Below are positions 30,201-39,308 of a stretch of DNA of 64,000 nucleotides, piece after piece. Position 1 is the first letter of the stretch, and each line of letters begins with the position of its first letter. Under the pieces are notes generated by a model that saw only the letters and a program-made list of their open reading frames with translations, was not told where the DNA came from and did no database searches. The translations under genes were made by a program, and so were the position numbers. Source of the stretch: Limisphaerales bacterium (lineage in GTDB: Bacteria > Verrucomicrobiota > Verrucomicrobiia > Limisphaerales > AAA164-E04); NCBI GenBank assembly GCA_965203425.1, contig OZ241891.1:1583127-1647126 (forward strand), written 5' to 3'.

Positions 30201-31292
30201 GTTGTCGATCAAGTCCAGTTGGTTCATCTGAATGTCCACCGGAGAATGAACCTGCTGACCGAGCCAGTAAAAACCCGTTCCCATCCACGACTCGTTAGCG
30301 CCGTTCTCCGGGTTGCGTCGCGCTTCCTCCAACAAATCCCCGGCAATATGCTCTTTCACGAAAAGGTTGTAAGGCACGTCTTGGTTGAACGCCCGAATTA
30401 GATAATCGCGATACCGCCATGCATTGGGAATCTCGTAATCGAACTCGTGTCCCAGCGTCTCAGCATAGCGAACCAAGTCCAGCCAATGCCGCGCCCAGCG
30501 CTCCCCGAATTGCGGCGAAGCAAGCAAGCCGTCCACCAATCGCTCGTACGCTTGGGGATGGCCGTCCGCTTGAAAATTACGGATTGCCTCCGGAGACGGC
30601 GGCAAGCCGGTCAACGCGTAGGACAATCGTCGAATCAAAGACCGCTTGGATGCCCGCGGCGCCGGTGCCAATCCTTCGGTTTCCAAACGATGCAACACAA
30701 AGGCGTCTATCGGATTCGTCGACCAGTCGGCTCTTTCCACTTTCGGAGGAATCGCCTTTTTCACGGGTTGCCAAGCCCAGTGATTTTGTCGGCGTTCGGC
30801 AATGTCAAAAACAGGCTCTTTGCGTTCGTTCTTTGGCGTTGCCTGCTTCGGCCACGGCATGCCTAGGGAAACCCATTGCTTCAAATCGGCGATTTCCCGG
30901 TCGGACAGCTTCGACTTAGGCGGCATTTGCAAGTCCACGTTTTGATATCCAATGGCCTCGATAAAAAGACTGCCGGCCGGCTTTCCCGGAATGGCCGCCG
31001 GCCCGGAGTCTCCTCCTCTCAAAAAGCCTTCGCGAGAATCCAGCAACAGCCCGCCTTTGAGTTTCTCCGCCCGATGACTGTGACACTCAAAACATTTCGC
31101 TGCCAGCATTGGTCGAATCTTTTTCTCAAAAAACTCCAAGCCCTCGGCGGCAAAGGATTCTCCGAAAGCCTGCGGCGGCCAAAGCCCAACAACGGCCAGC
31201 AAAATCAACGCCGCCAAGCCGCGCGCGCCGAGTTGGGCGCGTTGGACAAAGTTCGGGCTCGCGAAGGTTGAAAACGGAGAAAGCCTTTGCAT
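27288..31292 (-). CDS. PSD1/PSCyt + DUF1549 + DUF1553 giant protein
   Basis: 1334 aa. Cytochrome-like [19 protein letters not shown]; DUF1549-like [42 protein letters not shown]; DUF1553-like [29 protein letters not shown]. This is the canonical partner of DUF1501. Confidence 0.9.
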   Translation of the reverse strand: [1334 protein letters not shown]

Positions 31293-31544
31293 ATTCCAAA
31301 AAGATTCCGTTTTGGAAGAGAAATTGTCAAGTTTCAGATTCCAACAAAACGCTTTTTTTCATCGAGGAAAATTTTTCCTAAATTCTGCGCCGGAATATTC
31401 ATCGCAATCTTTCCAACAAGTTTGGGGACTTTGCCGCGACGTCCTCTCGCCTTGTCCTTTTACCAAACGCAAACGAGGGAAGAAGCGGTGCTTTGGCCTT
31501 GCTTTTTGGATCGCGCGGGCGGTAAGTGCCCTTGTCTAAAGCGT

Positions 31545-33854
31545 ATGATCTCTCCGCACGAAAGCGCCAGCCGCCGGCAAATCTCGAAGCTTCGCTCCCA
31601 AAAGCGAGTCGAAAAAACCAGCTTGGATTACCTCGTCGCCGCCCTCAATCCCTTACTCATCATGCTTCTTGTTGGAAGCTTGGTTTTCTTTTTGATCCAA
31701 GTGTTTTATCGAGGAGAAATGGCGGGCGGAGTTCGCTGGGTGATGTTTTGGTTTGTTTTGGCTGTCGTTTTGGTATCTCGAATCGGCATCGAACAAAGCC
31801 CGGTTCACGCGGGCGTTTACGGCGCCGGCTTGGCTGCGGCCGCTTGGTTGTTTCTGATGCAAACTCACCCTGCTTTTTTACTAGGAATCATTTGCCTGGC
31901 AGTCGTCTGGTGGTCTGCCCACCAACTCGTCCAAGACTGCGCCTTGATCGACGACGCCGAGGACTTCACTCACCAAGGCTTGTTAGAAAAAACAACGGAA
32001 AGGACAGCTAAAAAACCGCAGGCAATCTCGTCTCCAACTTCGCAAAATCTTGCTGGCGATAAATCGGCGGGCGTCCAAAAACGAAAGTCCAAAAGCCCCA
32101 GAACCAACCAGAAGAAAAACAAACGAGCCTCTCGCCCTCCGGGCCGTCGAGTGCTTTTCTTCTCTCTGGCGGCGCTTCCCCTCTTCGGTCTCGGACAATG
32201 GTTTGCGGAGGCAAGGAATTCCGGCGACGGCCAGTCCGGTTTTCCCTTGCTGATTGCCTACTTTGCGGCCGCCTGCGGTCTGCTCCTCTCGACCAGCTTT
32301 CTCGGAATGCGCCGCTACTTGCGACAGCGCTCCATCAAGATGCCGGCAAACATCGCCAGCTCGTGGATGATATTCGGCGCCGGGATAGGAGGATTCGTGC
32401 TGTTGCTGGCCATCTTTGCGCCGCGACCGGGCGTGGGCGCCGCATGGATGGAATTCTCGAGGAAAATAGACTCCCTCATCCAAAACGCCAGCGAAGCGGC
32501 CATGCGCTTCAACCCGGCCGGTATCGGCAAAGGCCGAGAAGGCCTCGACTCGATTGCCTCTCGCAACGCCGTTCAAAACACAGAAAACCCCCGCTCTCCA
32601 AACGCCGATCCCCAATCGCAATCGGGAAAGCAGCCGCAACTCTCCAACCAAGGTCGTCCGGAGAACGGCGCAGAAGCTCAGGCGGCGGCCTTTCTCGCTC
32701 GAATCCTGAAGAATCTTCTCATTGGGGCAGCCTGCATTGCCGCAGTCATCTTCCTCTGCTGCAAACGCCGATTGCTGACGGCTTTGATTGTGGCCCTTTC
32801 GCGGGCGATTCTAGGCTTTCTCCGCAATCTTTCGGCGCCCTCCCTGCGTCGTTCTATCCCGCCCAAAAAGCCGGTTGACGCGGCCAAAAAGAATCGACTT
32901 GCGCCCTTTCGTCGATTCCAAAACCCCTTTGTCTCCGGCCAATCAGAACGCTGGCCGCCGGAAGTCTTGATCGCCTATACCTACGAAGCCCTCCAATCTT
33001 GGTCCAAAGAAACCGGCGACCCCGATTCGCCCGAAGAAACTCCAGTCGAACGTTCCCGAAGCCTAGCGCGCCGCCATCCGGCGCTTCATCCTTGGGTTCT
33101 TTCCCTCGGCGAGCATTACAGCCTGCTCGCCTACGGCCAACGAATTCCTCGGACAATGAACGCACTTTTCCTTCGCAAAATTTGGGCGGCCATCGCCATC
33201 CCCGTTCCCAAAGCGGCCGGCATCCTCGCTCCGCGCAAAGCAACCGCCCCACATTCTAGTAGTTCCAAATATAAAATCTATAGGAACCGAATTCTAATCT
33301 ACTTCGTCACCGCGCCACTTGCAGGATGCGGCTTGCCGTCTTCCGCTCCCAAAGAAACTGTTGGCATGTTTCTTTCGCAACCGGAATATCGAGGATGGGA
33401 ATCAGAAGCGCACAAACTATCAGCGCAAAAAGAAGTGGAGCGGACGATTAGAAAGTTCAATGTCTTTGTAAAAAATTTTACGACTATAAATATTAGGTTC
33501 TATAAAAAAGACACGGAAAACGGCGTTTATATTGAATGGGGAAATTGGGAAAACAGAGCCGGCGAAACAGAGCCGTCGTATGATAGAACTTTGATATACG
33601 AAGCCGTATTTCAAAAGAAGAAATTCCCCAGCCGAAAATATAAATGCATCAACATCGCCGGAGAATACTACATAGAAAAACAACATCCCGTGGCGACAAA
33701 GTTCGCCCGTGGCTCTTATACCCTTCCCTTGCCGGAATTGGACTCTTTTTCTTATATGCCTCCTTTGCCGAATTCGAACGCCTCGCCCGCCAAGCCTTTG
33801 CCGAAGAAAAGAAGGACTGACAATGCACTCTTGCCTATAAAGAATGGCGTTTAG
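31545..33854 (+). CDS. polytopic membrane protein with DUF4129-like segment, fused in frame to a low-GC lipoprotein-like C-terminal module
   Basis: ATG 31545 (MISPHES...) avoids overlap with the divergent PSD1 gene. There are several TM segments. ...PEETPVERSRSLARRHPALHPWVLSLGEHYSLLAYGQ resembles DUF4129 C-termini. From ~33250 the composition drops and the frame reads YRNRILIYFVTAPLAGCGL (lipobox). Confidence 0.5.
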   Translation: MISPHESASRRQISKLRSQKRVEKTSLDYLVAALNPLLIMLLVGSLVFFLIQVFYRGEMAGGVRWVMFWFVLAVVLVSRIGIEQSPVHAGVYGAGLAAAAWLFLMQTHPAFLLGIICLAVVWWSAHQLVQDCALIDDAEDFTHQGLLEKTTERTAKKPQAISSPTSQNLAGDKSAGVQKRKSKSPRTNQKKNKRASRPPGRRVLFFSLAALPLFGLGQWFAEARNSGDGQSGFPLLIAYFAAACGLLLSTSFLGMRRYLRQRSIKMPANIASSWMIFGAGIGGFVLLLAIFAPRPGVGAAWMEFSRKIDSLIQNASEAAMRFNPAGIGKGREGLDSIASRNAVQNTENPRSPNADPQSQSGKQPQLSNQGRPENGAEAQAAAFLARILKNLLIGAACIAAVIFLCCKRRLLTALIVALSRAILGFLRNLSAPSLRRSIPPKKPVDAAKKNRLAPFRRFQNPFVSGQSERWPPEVLIAYTYEALQSWSKETGDPDSPEETPVERSRSLARRHPALHPWVLSLGEHYSLLAYGQRIPRTMNALFLRKIWAAIAIPVPKAAGILAPRKATAPHSSSSKYKIYRNRILIYFVTAPLAGCGLPSSAPKETVGMFLSQPEYRGWESEAHKLSAQKEVERTIRKFNVFVKNFTTINIRFYKKDTENGVYIEWGNWENRAGETEPSYDRTLIYEAVFQKKKFPSRKYKCINIAGEYYIEKQHPVATKFARGSYTLPLPELDSFSYMPPLPNSNASPAKPLPKKRRTDNALLPIKNGV

Positions 33855-33855
33855 T

Positions 33856-34701
33856 TTACCCTGCCTTTACGCCGTAAAAGCGAGCCGCGTTTCCTCCCAT
33901 AACTTTGGCTCGGACATTTTCATCAAACTGCAAGAGGTAATCCGTCACCAACTCCGCCACTTCCACATAATCCGCCGCCAGTAAACAAACCGGCCAATCC
34001 GAACCGAACATCAATCGATCCTCCCCGAATGCATCAAACACAACGTCCAAGTAGGGACGAAAATCCCGCTTCCGCCACGCCCTCCAAGCCGCTTCGGTAA
34101 CCATGCCGGACACTTTGCAATAAACGTTGGGAAAAGCGGCCAGCTCGGCAATATGACGATACCAAGGGCGAAGAATCCCGTCCTTGATAAAAGGCTTTGC
34201 GATGTGATCCAGCACAAACGGTTGCTCCGGGAATTTTTTAACCACTTCAACAGCCGCCGGAAGATGTTTGGGAAACAACAATAAATCGTAAGTCATTCCA
34301 TAACGATGCAGCTTGCTCAAACCTCGCAAAAAGTCGGGACGCAACATAAATTCCTCATCCGGTTCGTCGTGAACAACGTGGCGGACGCCAACGAACTTTG
34401 CGCGCGATGAAAGCGCTTCCAGATCGGCTTCCACTGATTCTCCCCGCAAATGGACCCAACCCACAACGCCCCGAATGCGTGCTTCCTGCTCGGCCAACTC
34501 TAAGAGCCATTCAGACTCTTTTAAACTTTGCCGCGCCTGCACAGCAATAGAACCGTCCAACCCAACTTTTGCCTGCTCCTTCCACAAATCCTTCGGCCCG
34601 AAATCCCGCCGAATCGGATTCATTTTTTCCCCCTTCATCCAAGGATATTGCGCAGGATCGTAACTCCAAAAATGTTGATGCGAGTCAATTTTCATAGACA
34701 C
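33856..34701 (-). CDS. amidohydrolase-2 family metal-dependent hydrolase (lactonase-like)
   Basis: MSMKIDSHQHFWSYDPAQYPWM..., ...VRHVVHDEPD..., ...MFGSDWPVC: the classic amidohydrolase_2 pattern. Confidence 0.8.
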   Translation of the reverse strand: MSMKIDSHQHFWSYDPAQYPWMKGEKMNPIRRDFGPKDLWKEQAKVGLDGSIAVQARQSLKESEWLLELAEQEARIRGVVGWVHLRGESVEADLEALSSRAKFVGVRHVVHDEPDEEFMLRPDFLRGLSKLHRYGMTYDLLLFPKHLPAAVEVVKKFPEQPFVLDHIAKPFIKDGILRPWYRHIAELAAFPNVYCKVSGMVTEAAWRAWRKRDFRPYLDVVFDAFGEDRLMFGSDWPVCLLAADYVEVAELVTDYLLQFDENVRAKVMGGNAARFYGVKAG

Positions 34702-34946
34702 AAAAATACAAGCAACAGCGCTGACGGTTCAACTTGTTTTTCCCGACCGCCGCCGCTGATTCACATTTATTAACACCGCAAAATCAAAAAAGGCGGCAAA
34801 AACAGGCATGAAGTTTTGCATTGCCGATTGCTAGGTGGCCGGCTGGGCGGAAGATTGTAGAAAGAGGCGTTTGGTTTTGGAAATCTGTTGACGGTCGGCG
34901 CACAAGGGATGGCGATTTTGCAAGAGGCTAAGAGAGCTATTCGCCT

Positions 34947-35111
34947 CTAATCTGTCTTTTTGGAAGGTTGTTGGGGCGGGATAGGGCATTTGCCTCCGCA
35001 GCCGCAGGCGGTTTTGTTGTTTCGGCGGCGGAAAACGCGCAGGGTGAAGAGTATCACAACCGCGGCAACAACGGCGGGAGCGGCGATGCTTTGCCAATCT
35101 GCGGCGAACAT
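34947..35111 (-). CDS. FeoB-associated Cys-rich small membrane protein
   Basis: 54 aa from the internal ATG of ORF 34947..35255: MFAADWQSIAAPAVVAAVVILFTLRVFRRRNNKTACGCGGKCP... One TM plus CGCG, starting 6 nt after the feoB stop. Confidence 0.6.
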   Translation of the reverse strand: MFAADWQSIAAPAVVAAVVILFTLRVFRRRNNKTACGCGGKCPIPPQQPSKKTD

Positions 35112-35116
35112 AGCGG

Positions 35117-37222
35117 TCAATAGCCAAGGGCGGAGCCGATTTGAAACACAAGCAGAGAGGCCAGGTAGGCGGCGGCGGTCATGTAGCCAAATTGGAAGAG
35201 GGGCCATTTCCAACTGTTGGTTTCGCGTTTGACGATGGCGACGGTGCTCATGCACTGCATGGCGAAGACGTAGAAGACCATGAGGCTAAGGCAGAGAAGC
35301 GGCGTGTAGCGAGGAGAGCCGTCTAGTTTTTTCTCGGCAAGAAGGCGGTTGCGCAGTCGTCGGCGGCGGTTATCTTCGTCTTCTTCCACGGGGTAAACCA
35401 CGGAGTAAATAGTGGACATTGCGCCAACAAAGACTTCGCGGGCGGCGAAGGAGGCAAGGAGGCCGATTCCAATCTTCCAGTCGTAGCCGAGCGGGGTAAT
35501 GAAAGGTTCGATTCCGCGCCCGATTTTTCCGGCGACGCTTTCGGACATTTGGACGGCGGGGTCTGGCGAATTCGATTTGGGATAAGTGAGGGCCGCCCAG
35601 AGCAGAATGGAGATGCCGAGGATGATGGTACCGGCCCGGCGGATGAAAATTCGAGTCCGCTCCCACAAATGAAAGGCGATTCCTTTAAGTGAAGGCGCTT
35701 TGTAGGAAGGCAGTTCGAAGATCATTGGCGTGTTTTCCTCCTTGTCGAGTCCGCGGTGGAAAATCCAAGCGAAGACAAAGGCGCTAAAAGTTCCCAGAAA
35801 ATACATGAGCATCATGAGGCCGACTTTGACCGTTGTGGAGGCTTGTTCGGCGGGAATCATGGCGGCGATCATGAGCAAGTAAACGGGAAGCCGGGCAGAA
35901 CAGCTGGCCAGCGGAACAACGAGAATAGTGATCAAGCGGTCTTTGGGATTGTCGATTGTGCGGGTGGCCATAATCCCGGGCACGGCGCAGGCATAGGAAC
36001 TGAGCAGGGGGAGAAAGGATTTTCCGTTGAGTCCGACTTTGCTCATCAGACGATCCATAATGAAGGCCAGACGAGCCATGTAGCCGGTGTCTTCCATCAG
36101 GCCGATAAAGAAGAACAGAATAAGAATTTGCGGGAGAAAGACGACGACGTTGCCGACGCCGGCAATGACACCTTTTTGGATTAAATCCCGCAAATCGCCG
36201 GGAGGCATAATCTCTTGGACGGTTTGGCCGGCGGCTTCAACCCCGGCTTCAATCCATTTCATCGGGCCCTCGGCGATGCTGAAGATGAGGTAAAAGAGGA
36301 CGCCCAGAATGGCGATGGCCGCCGTCCAACCCCAAAGAGGATGAAGCAGGACGGCGTCGAGCCGGTCGGTGAGAGATGTTTTGGCAACTCCGGGCCGGCG
36401 GATGGCGGGGCCGCAATGTTCCTGTATCCAGCCGTAACGGGCGGAAACAAGTTGCTCTTCCCAGTCCGGGAATTGTCTTTGCAGTGTTTGTTTGGCGGAG
36501 GCGATGGCTTGAGGTTGAGTGTCGGGCGGTTTGGTGCCGTGTTGAGAAAGCCGGTAGATCGATTCCGACTCGACTTCTTTGTGTTGAACGACGCCGGCTT
36601 CGCTTAGGGTTTGATGGATTTCCCTGAGGGCTTTGCCGAGGTTTTTTGGAAGCGGCAATCGGATTTTGTTTGGCGCCGGAAGATGGCGTCGAGCCATGGC
36701 GAACTTGAGCGCGATGATGCCTTTTTGGACGTTGGCTTGCATGGGAATGACGGTTGTGCCCAAGCATTTTTCCAAAGCGGCGAAGTCGATTTGTATCTCT
36801 TTTTCTTCAGCCGCGTCCATCATGTTCAAAACCAGAATCGTGGGAAGGCCGAGTTCCAAAATTTGGGTGGCTAGATAGAGATTCCTTTCCAAATTGCTTG
36901 CGTCCAGAATGCAGATGACGCGGTCCGGCCTGGGCGTATCCGCTTGCCGTCCGAGGAGAACGTCCCGCAACACGGCTTCGTCGGGAGAGCGAGCGTTCAG
37001 ACTGTAGGCGCCGGGCAAATCCAGCAAGCGAATGCGCTCGCCGTGAGGAGAAACGCACTCTCCTTCTTTGCGTTCCACGGTAACGCCCGGATAGTTGCCG
37101 ATTTTTTGGCGAAGGCCGGTGAGGGCGTTAAATATGGTGGTTTTGCCGCAATTCGGATTCCCCACAAGCGCATAAGTTTTCTTTGGGCGCGTTGACGGAG
37201 AAATTGCGGATTGGGTGGGCAC
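35117..37222 (-). CDS. feoB: ferrous iron transporter FeoB
   Basis: 701 aa with an N-terminal G-domain (GNPNCGKTTIFNALTG, DLPGAYSL) and a polytopic C-terminal permease. Confidence 0.95.
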   Translation of the reverse strand: MPTQSAISPSTRPKKTYALVGNPNCGKTTIFNALTGLRQKIGNYPGVTVERKEGECVSPHGERIRLLDLPGAYSLNARSPDEAVLRDVLLGRQADTPRPDRVICILDASNLERNLYLATQILELGLPTILVLNMMDAAEEKEIQIDFAALEKCLGTTVIPMQANVQKGIIALKFAMARRHLPAPNKIRLPLPKNLGKALREIHQTLSEAGVVQHKEVESESIYRLSQHGTKPPDTQPQAIASAKQTLQRQFPDWEEQLVSARYGWIQEHCGPAIRRPGVAKTSLTDRLDAVLLHPLWGWTAAIAILGVLFYLIFSIAEGPMKWIEAGVEAAGQTVQEIMPPGDLRDLIQKGVIAGVGNVVVFLPQILILFFFIGLMEDTGYMARLAFIMDRLMSKVGLNGKSFLPLLSSYACAVPGIMATRTIDNPKDRLITILVVPLASCSARLPVYLLMIAAMIPAEQASTTVKVGLMMLMYFLGTFSAFVFAWIFHRGLDKEENTPMIFELPSYKAPSLKGIAFHLWERTRIFIRRAGTIILGISILLWAALTYPKSNSPDPAVQMSESVAGKIGRGIEPFITPLGYDWKIGIGLLASFAAREVFVGAMSTIYSVVYPVEEDEDNRRRRLRNRLLAEKKLDGSPRYTPLLCLSLMVFYVFAMQCMSTVAIVKRETNSWKWPLFQFGYMTAAAYLASLLVFQIGSALGY

Positions 37223-37239
37223 AGGTTGCTAACAAGCTG

Positions 37240-37479
37240 TTAAGGTTCCGGATGCACTTCAATTCGCTCCGCTTCTTGTCTCCGTAGGGAAAAGAGCGCC
37301 CCTTGAAACGAAATTTCAAGCGGATCCCCCAAAGGCGCCCGGCGAACCAGCCGTATTTTGACGCCCGGCAAAAGCCCCATTTCCCGCAAACGATTCAATC
37401 CATGAACGCCGCTGGGAAAGGAGGCGACGACGGCGCTTTGACCGGTTGGCAAATCGGCGAGTTTCGCAGTCTCGGACAT
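37240..37479 (-). CDS. feoA: FeoA-domain protein
   Basis: MSETAKLADLPTGQSAVVASFPSGVHGLNRLREMGLLPGVKIRLVRRAPLGDPLEISFQG (SH3-like FeoA pattern), from the internal ATG of ORF 37240..37752. Confidence 0.8.
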   Translation of the reverse strand: MSETAKLADLPTGQSAVVASFPSGVHGLNRLREMGLLPGVKIRLVRRAPLGDPLEISFQGALFSLRRQEAERIEVHPEP

Positions 37480-37501
37480 GGGATTGCCTTGGTGGAAACC
37501 G

Positions 37502-37792
37502 TTAGACTTCGGCTGGTTCGACAAAAACCGATTCCGCAAGCCGTCGACTGAGGCAAACTTTGGAATGGCAAACCAGACAGAGCATGGCGCCGCTTTTGCT
37601 GAGGATTTTGACTTCGGCGTATTCGCAGAACCCCATTTCGCGCAGGCGGCGGCAAAGAGCGGGTTGAGACGGAAGCTTTTGGACGCGCGCTTTTTGCCCC
37701 GGTTCCACGTCTTGAAGGGAGACCCAACGAGCGGAATCGGCGTCTGCCGCAAAAGGGCGTTTGTGATCTTTTTTGGTCAACACAAGAAGCAT
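37502..37792 (-). CDS. feoA: second FeoA-domain protein
   Basis: ...VSLQDVEPGQKARVQKLPSQPALCRRLREMGFCEYAEVKILSKSGAMLCLV... Start is ambiguous (ATG 37792 or 37834). 37792 is preferred because a perfect palindrome occupies 37797..37813. Confidence 0.7.
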   Translation of the reverse strand: MLLVLTKKDHKRPFAADADSARWVSLQDVEPGQKARVQKLPSQPALCRRLREMGFCEYAEVKILSKSGAMLCLVCHSKVCLSRRLAESVFVEPAEV

Positions 37793-37796
37793 GTTA

Positions 37797-37813
37797 TTGA
37801 GATTCAATCTCAA
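37797..37813. promoter_or_regulatory. perfect 8-1-8 palindrome TTGAGATT-N-AATCTCAA, Fur-box-like operator candidate upstream of the feo operon
   Basis: Plus strand TTGAGATTCAATCTCAA is self-complementary. The inner 7-1-7 TGAGATT-N-AATCTCA matches 5/7 per arm of the Fur 7-1-7 consensus TGATAAT-N-ATTATCA. It lies 4 nt upstream of ATG 37792. Confidence 0.4.
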
Positions 37814-37858
37814 AATCAATCCCTTTTCTTCCATCGGGTTTCTTGGAGGAAAATCAGT

Positions 37859-39100
37859 TTATCCGCGCCGGATTTCAGAGCCTTGAAACCGGATCGTAAT
37901 GCGATAGACATGTTTGGTGCGGCAGGCGATTTTTCCCGTCTGGAGGTCCATTTGTTCCGGGACTTGAATTTTATGAAGATCAATCACCGCGTGATAGCCT
38001 CGCTCCGAAAAAATGTCGATTAGCATTCCTAGAGCGTCGGGATTGTCCAAGACCGAATCTTCGGTGTTGACGGAGGCCACGCCGGAAATCGCATGCCGAA
38101 CCACGACTGGCATGATTTTTTTCTCAATCAAAGCAACAACCCGATGGAAAAGCGCGCCTTGGTTGAGTTCGTATTGATCCAACCGCCGCACCAAATCTTG
38201 GCGGGCGTGAACGACGATTTCGCTGGCTAGGGGCAGACTACGCAGGCGGTCAAAAGTTTGAGGGTCCAACTCCAACGAACTCTGATAGCGCAACTCGCCG
38301 AGGATGTTCTGCTCGACTTTTTCAATCGGCCCCTGCGCGCTGATGAAGTGGTAAAAATACGTCTGCTTCAGAGACTGAAGCGCTTCCCAAGTCCGCTCCT
38401 TGAAGACTCGATAGCGATGGCGGGCGGCCTCCGGATCCAAATCCGTGGCTCTGGCTTCTCTTTCCTCGCCGCTTCCTGAGGCGCGGATTTTTTGATTCTG
38501 CCGCTCCACCTCTTGCCCCCGCTTGAGTTGTCGCTCGACGCTGGTGGTTTCATCCACAAAGAGAACCATGACGTGCACGGTAGGTTGGCGGAAGTGAATC
38601 CGCATCGGAGTGTCGTAAAACTCGCGGCGCAACTGCTTCATTCTCGCCACCAAAAGATTGAGGCACTCCACCTGCACTTTAGTTCGAGGGAAACCGTCCA
38701 AAACAGCGCCGTCCCGATATTCTTCGTCCAAAAGCTTGCGAAAGACCAGCCCCACGACTTCGCGGTCGCCAACCATGCCCCCTTGTTTTTTAATCTTTTG
38801 CGCTTCCGGGCTGGTTAACAGCGAACTCACGACAATCGAATCACAGGTCAACCCGCGGGCGTTGAGGATGAACTGAGTTTGCGTGCCTTTCCCCGATCCA
38901 GGAGCGCCGCCCAACAAAATCAATTCTTTGGAGAAACGAAGGTTTTCCCTGCCCAATTCCGCTTCCAGCTCGCCCCATACAGAATTGAATATCAACTGAG
39001 CGTCCTTGATCTCCAACTCCGGATCCGAAGGCGGCGCCGAAAGGAGAACGGAATCACCGTCCTTCGCCTCCAAAACAGACTGCGGACCAGCCGACTTCAT
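37859..39100 (-). CDS. adenylate kinase-like NMP kinase with ~200-aa C-terminal extension
   Basis: LILLGGAPGSGKGTQ (P-loop of the adenylate kinase family), VLDGFPRT. The C-terminal half has no recognisable motif. 413 aa. Confidence 0.6.
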   Translation of the reverse strand: MKSAGPQSVLEAKDGDSVLLSAPPSDPELEIKDAQLIFNSVWGELEAELGRENLRFSKELILLGGAPGSGKGTQTQFILNARGLTCDSIVVSSLLTSPEAQKIKKQGGMVGDREVVGLVFRKLLDEEYRDGAVLDGFPRTKVQVECLNLLVARMKQLRREFYDTPMRIHFRQPTVHVMVLFVDETTSVERQLKRGQEVERQNQKIRASGSGEEREARATDLDPEAARHRYRVFKERTWEALQSLKQTYFYHFISAQGPIEKVEQNILGELRYQSSLELDPQTFDRLRSLPLASEIVVHARQDLVRRLDQYELNQGALFHRVVALIEKKIMPVVVRHAISGVASVNTEDSVLDNPDALGMLIDIFSERGYHAVIDLHKIQVPEQMDLQTGKIACRTKHVYRITIRFQGSEIRRG

Positions 39101-39308
39101 AAAAGCAAAATCAAGCCCTCATTAAACGGAAAACCGACCGCCTTTGGCAACAATTATTCCCCAAAAAGCCAGCCGCCGGCGTCATGGCGAACTTTCAATT
39201 CATTTTTCGTTCCGCCAAAAACCAGCACAATGCCAAGCAACCCGTCTTTCTTTTAACCGCCAATGCTTTCCATAAAATGTTCGCGCTCATTATTTTTCAT
39301 TTTTTTGT

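Noticed and set aside
31287-31544. N-terminal extension of ORF 31287..33854.
   Set aside because: It overlaps the start of the divergent PSD1 gene and lies in the promoter region. ATG 31545 precedes the first TM segments.
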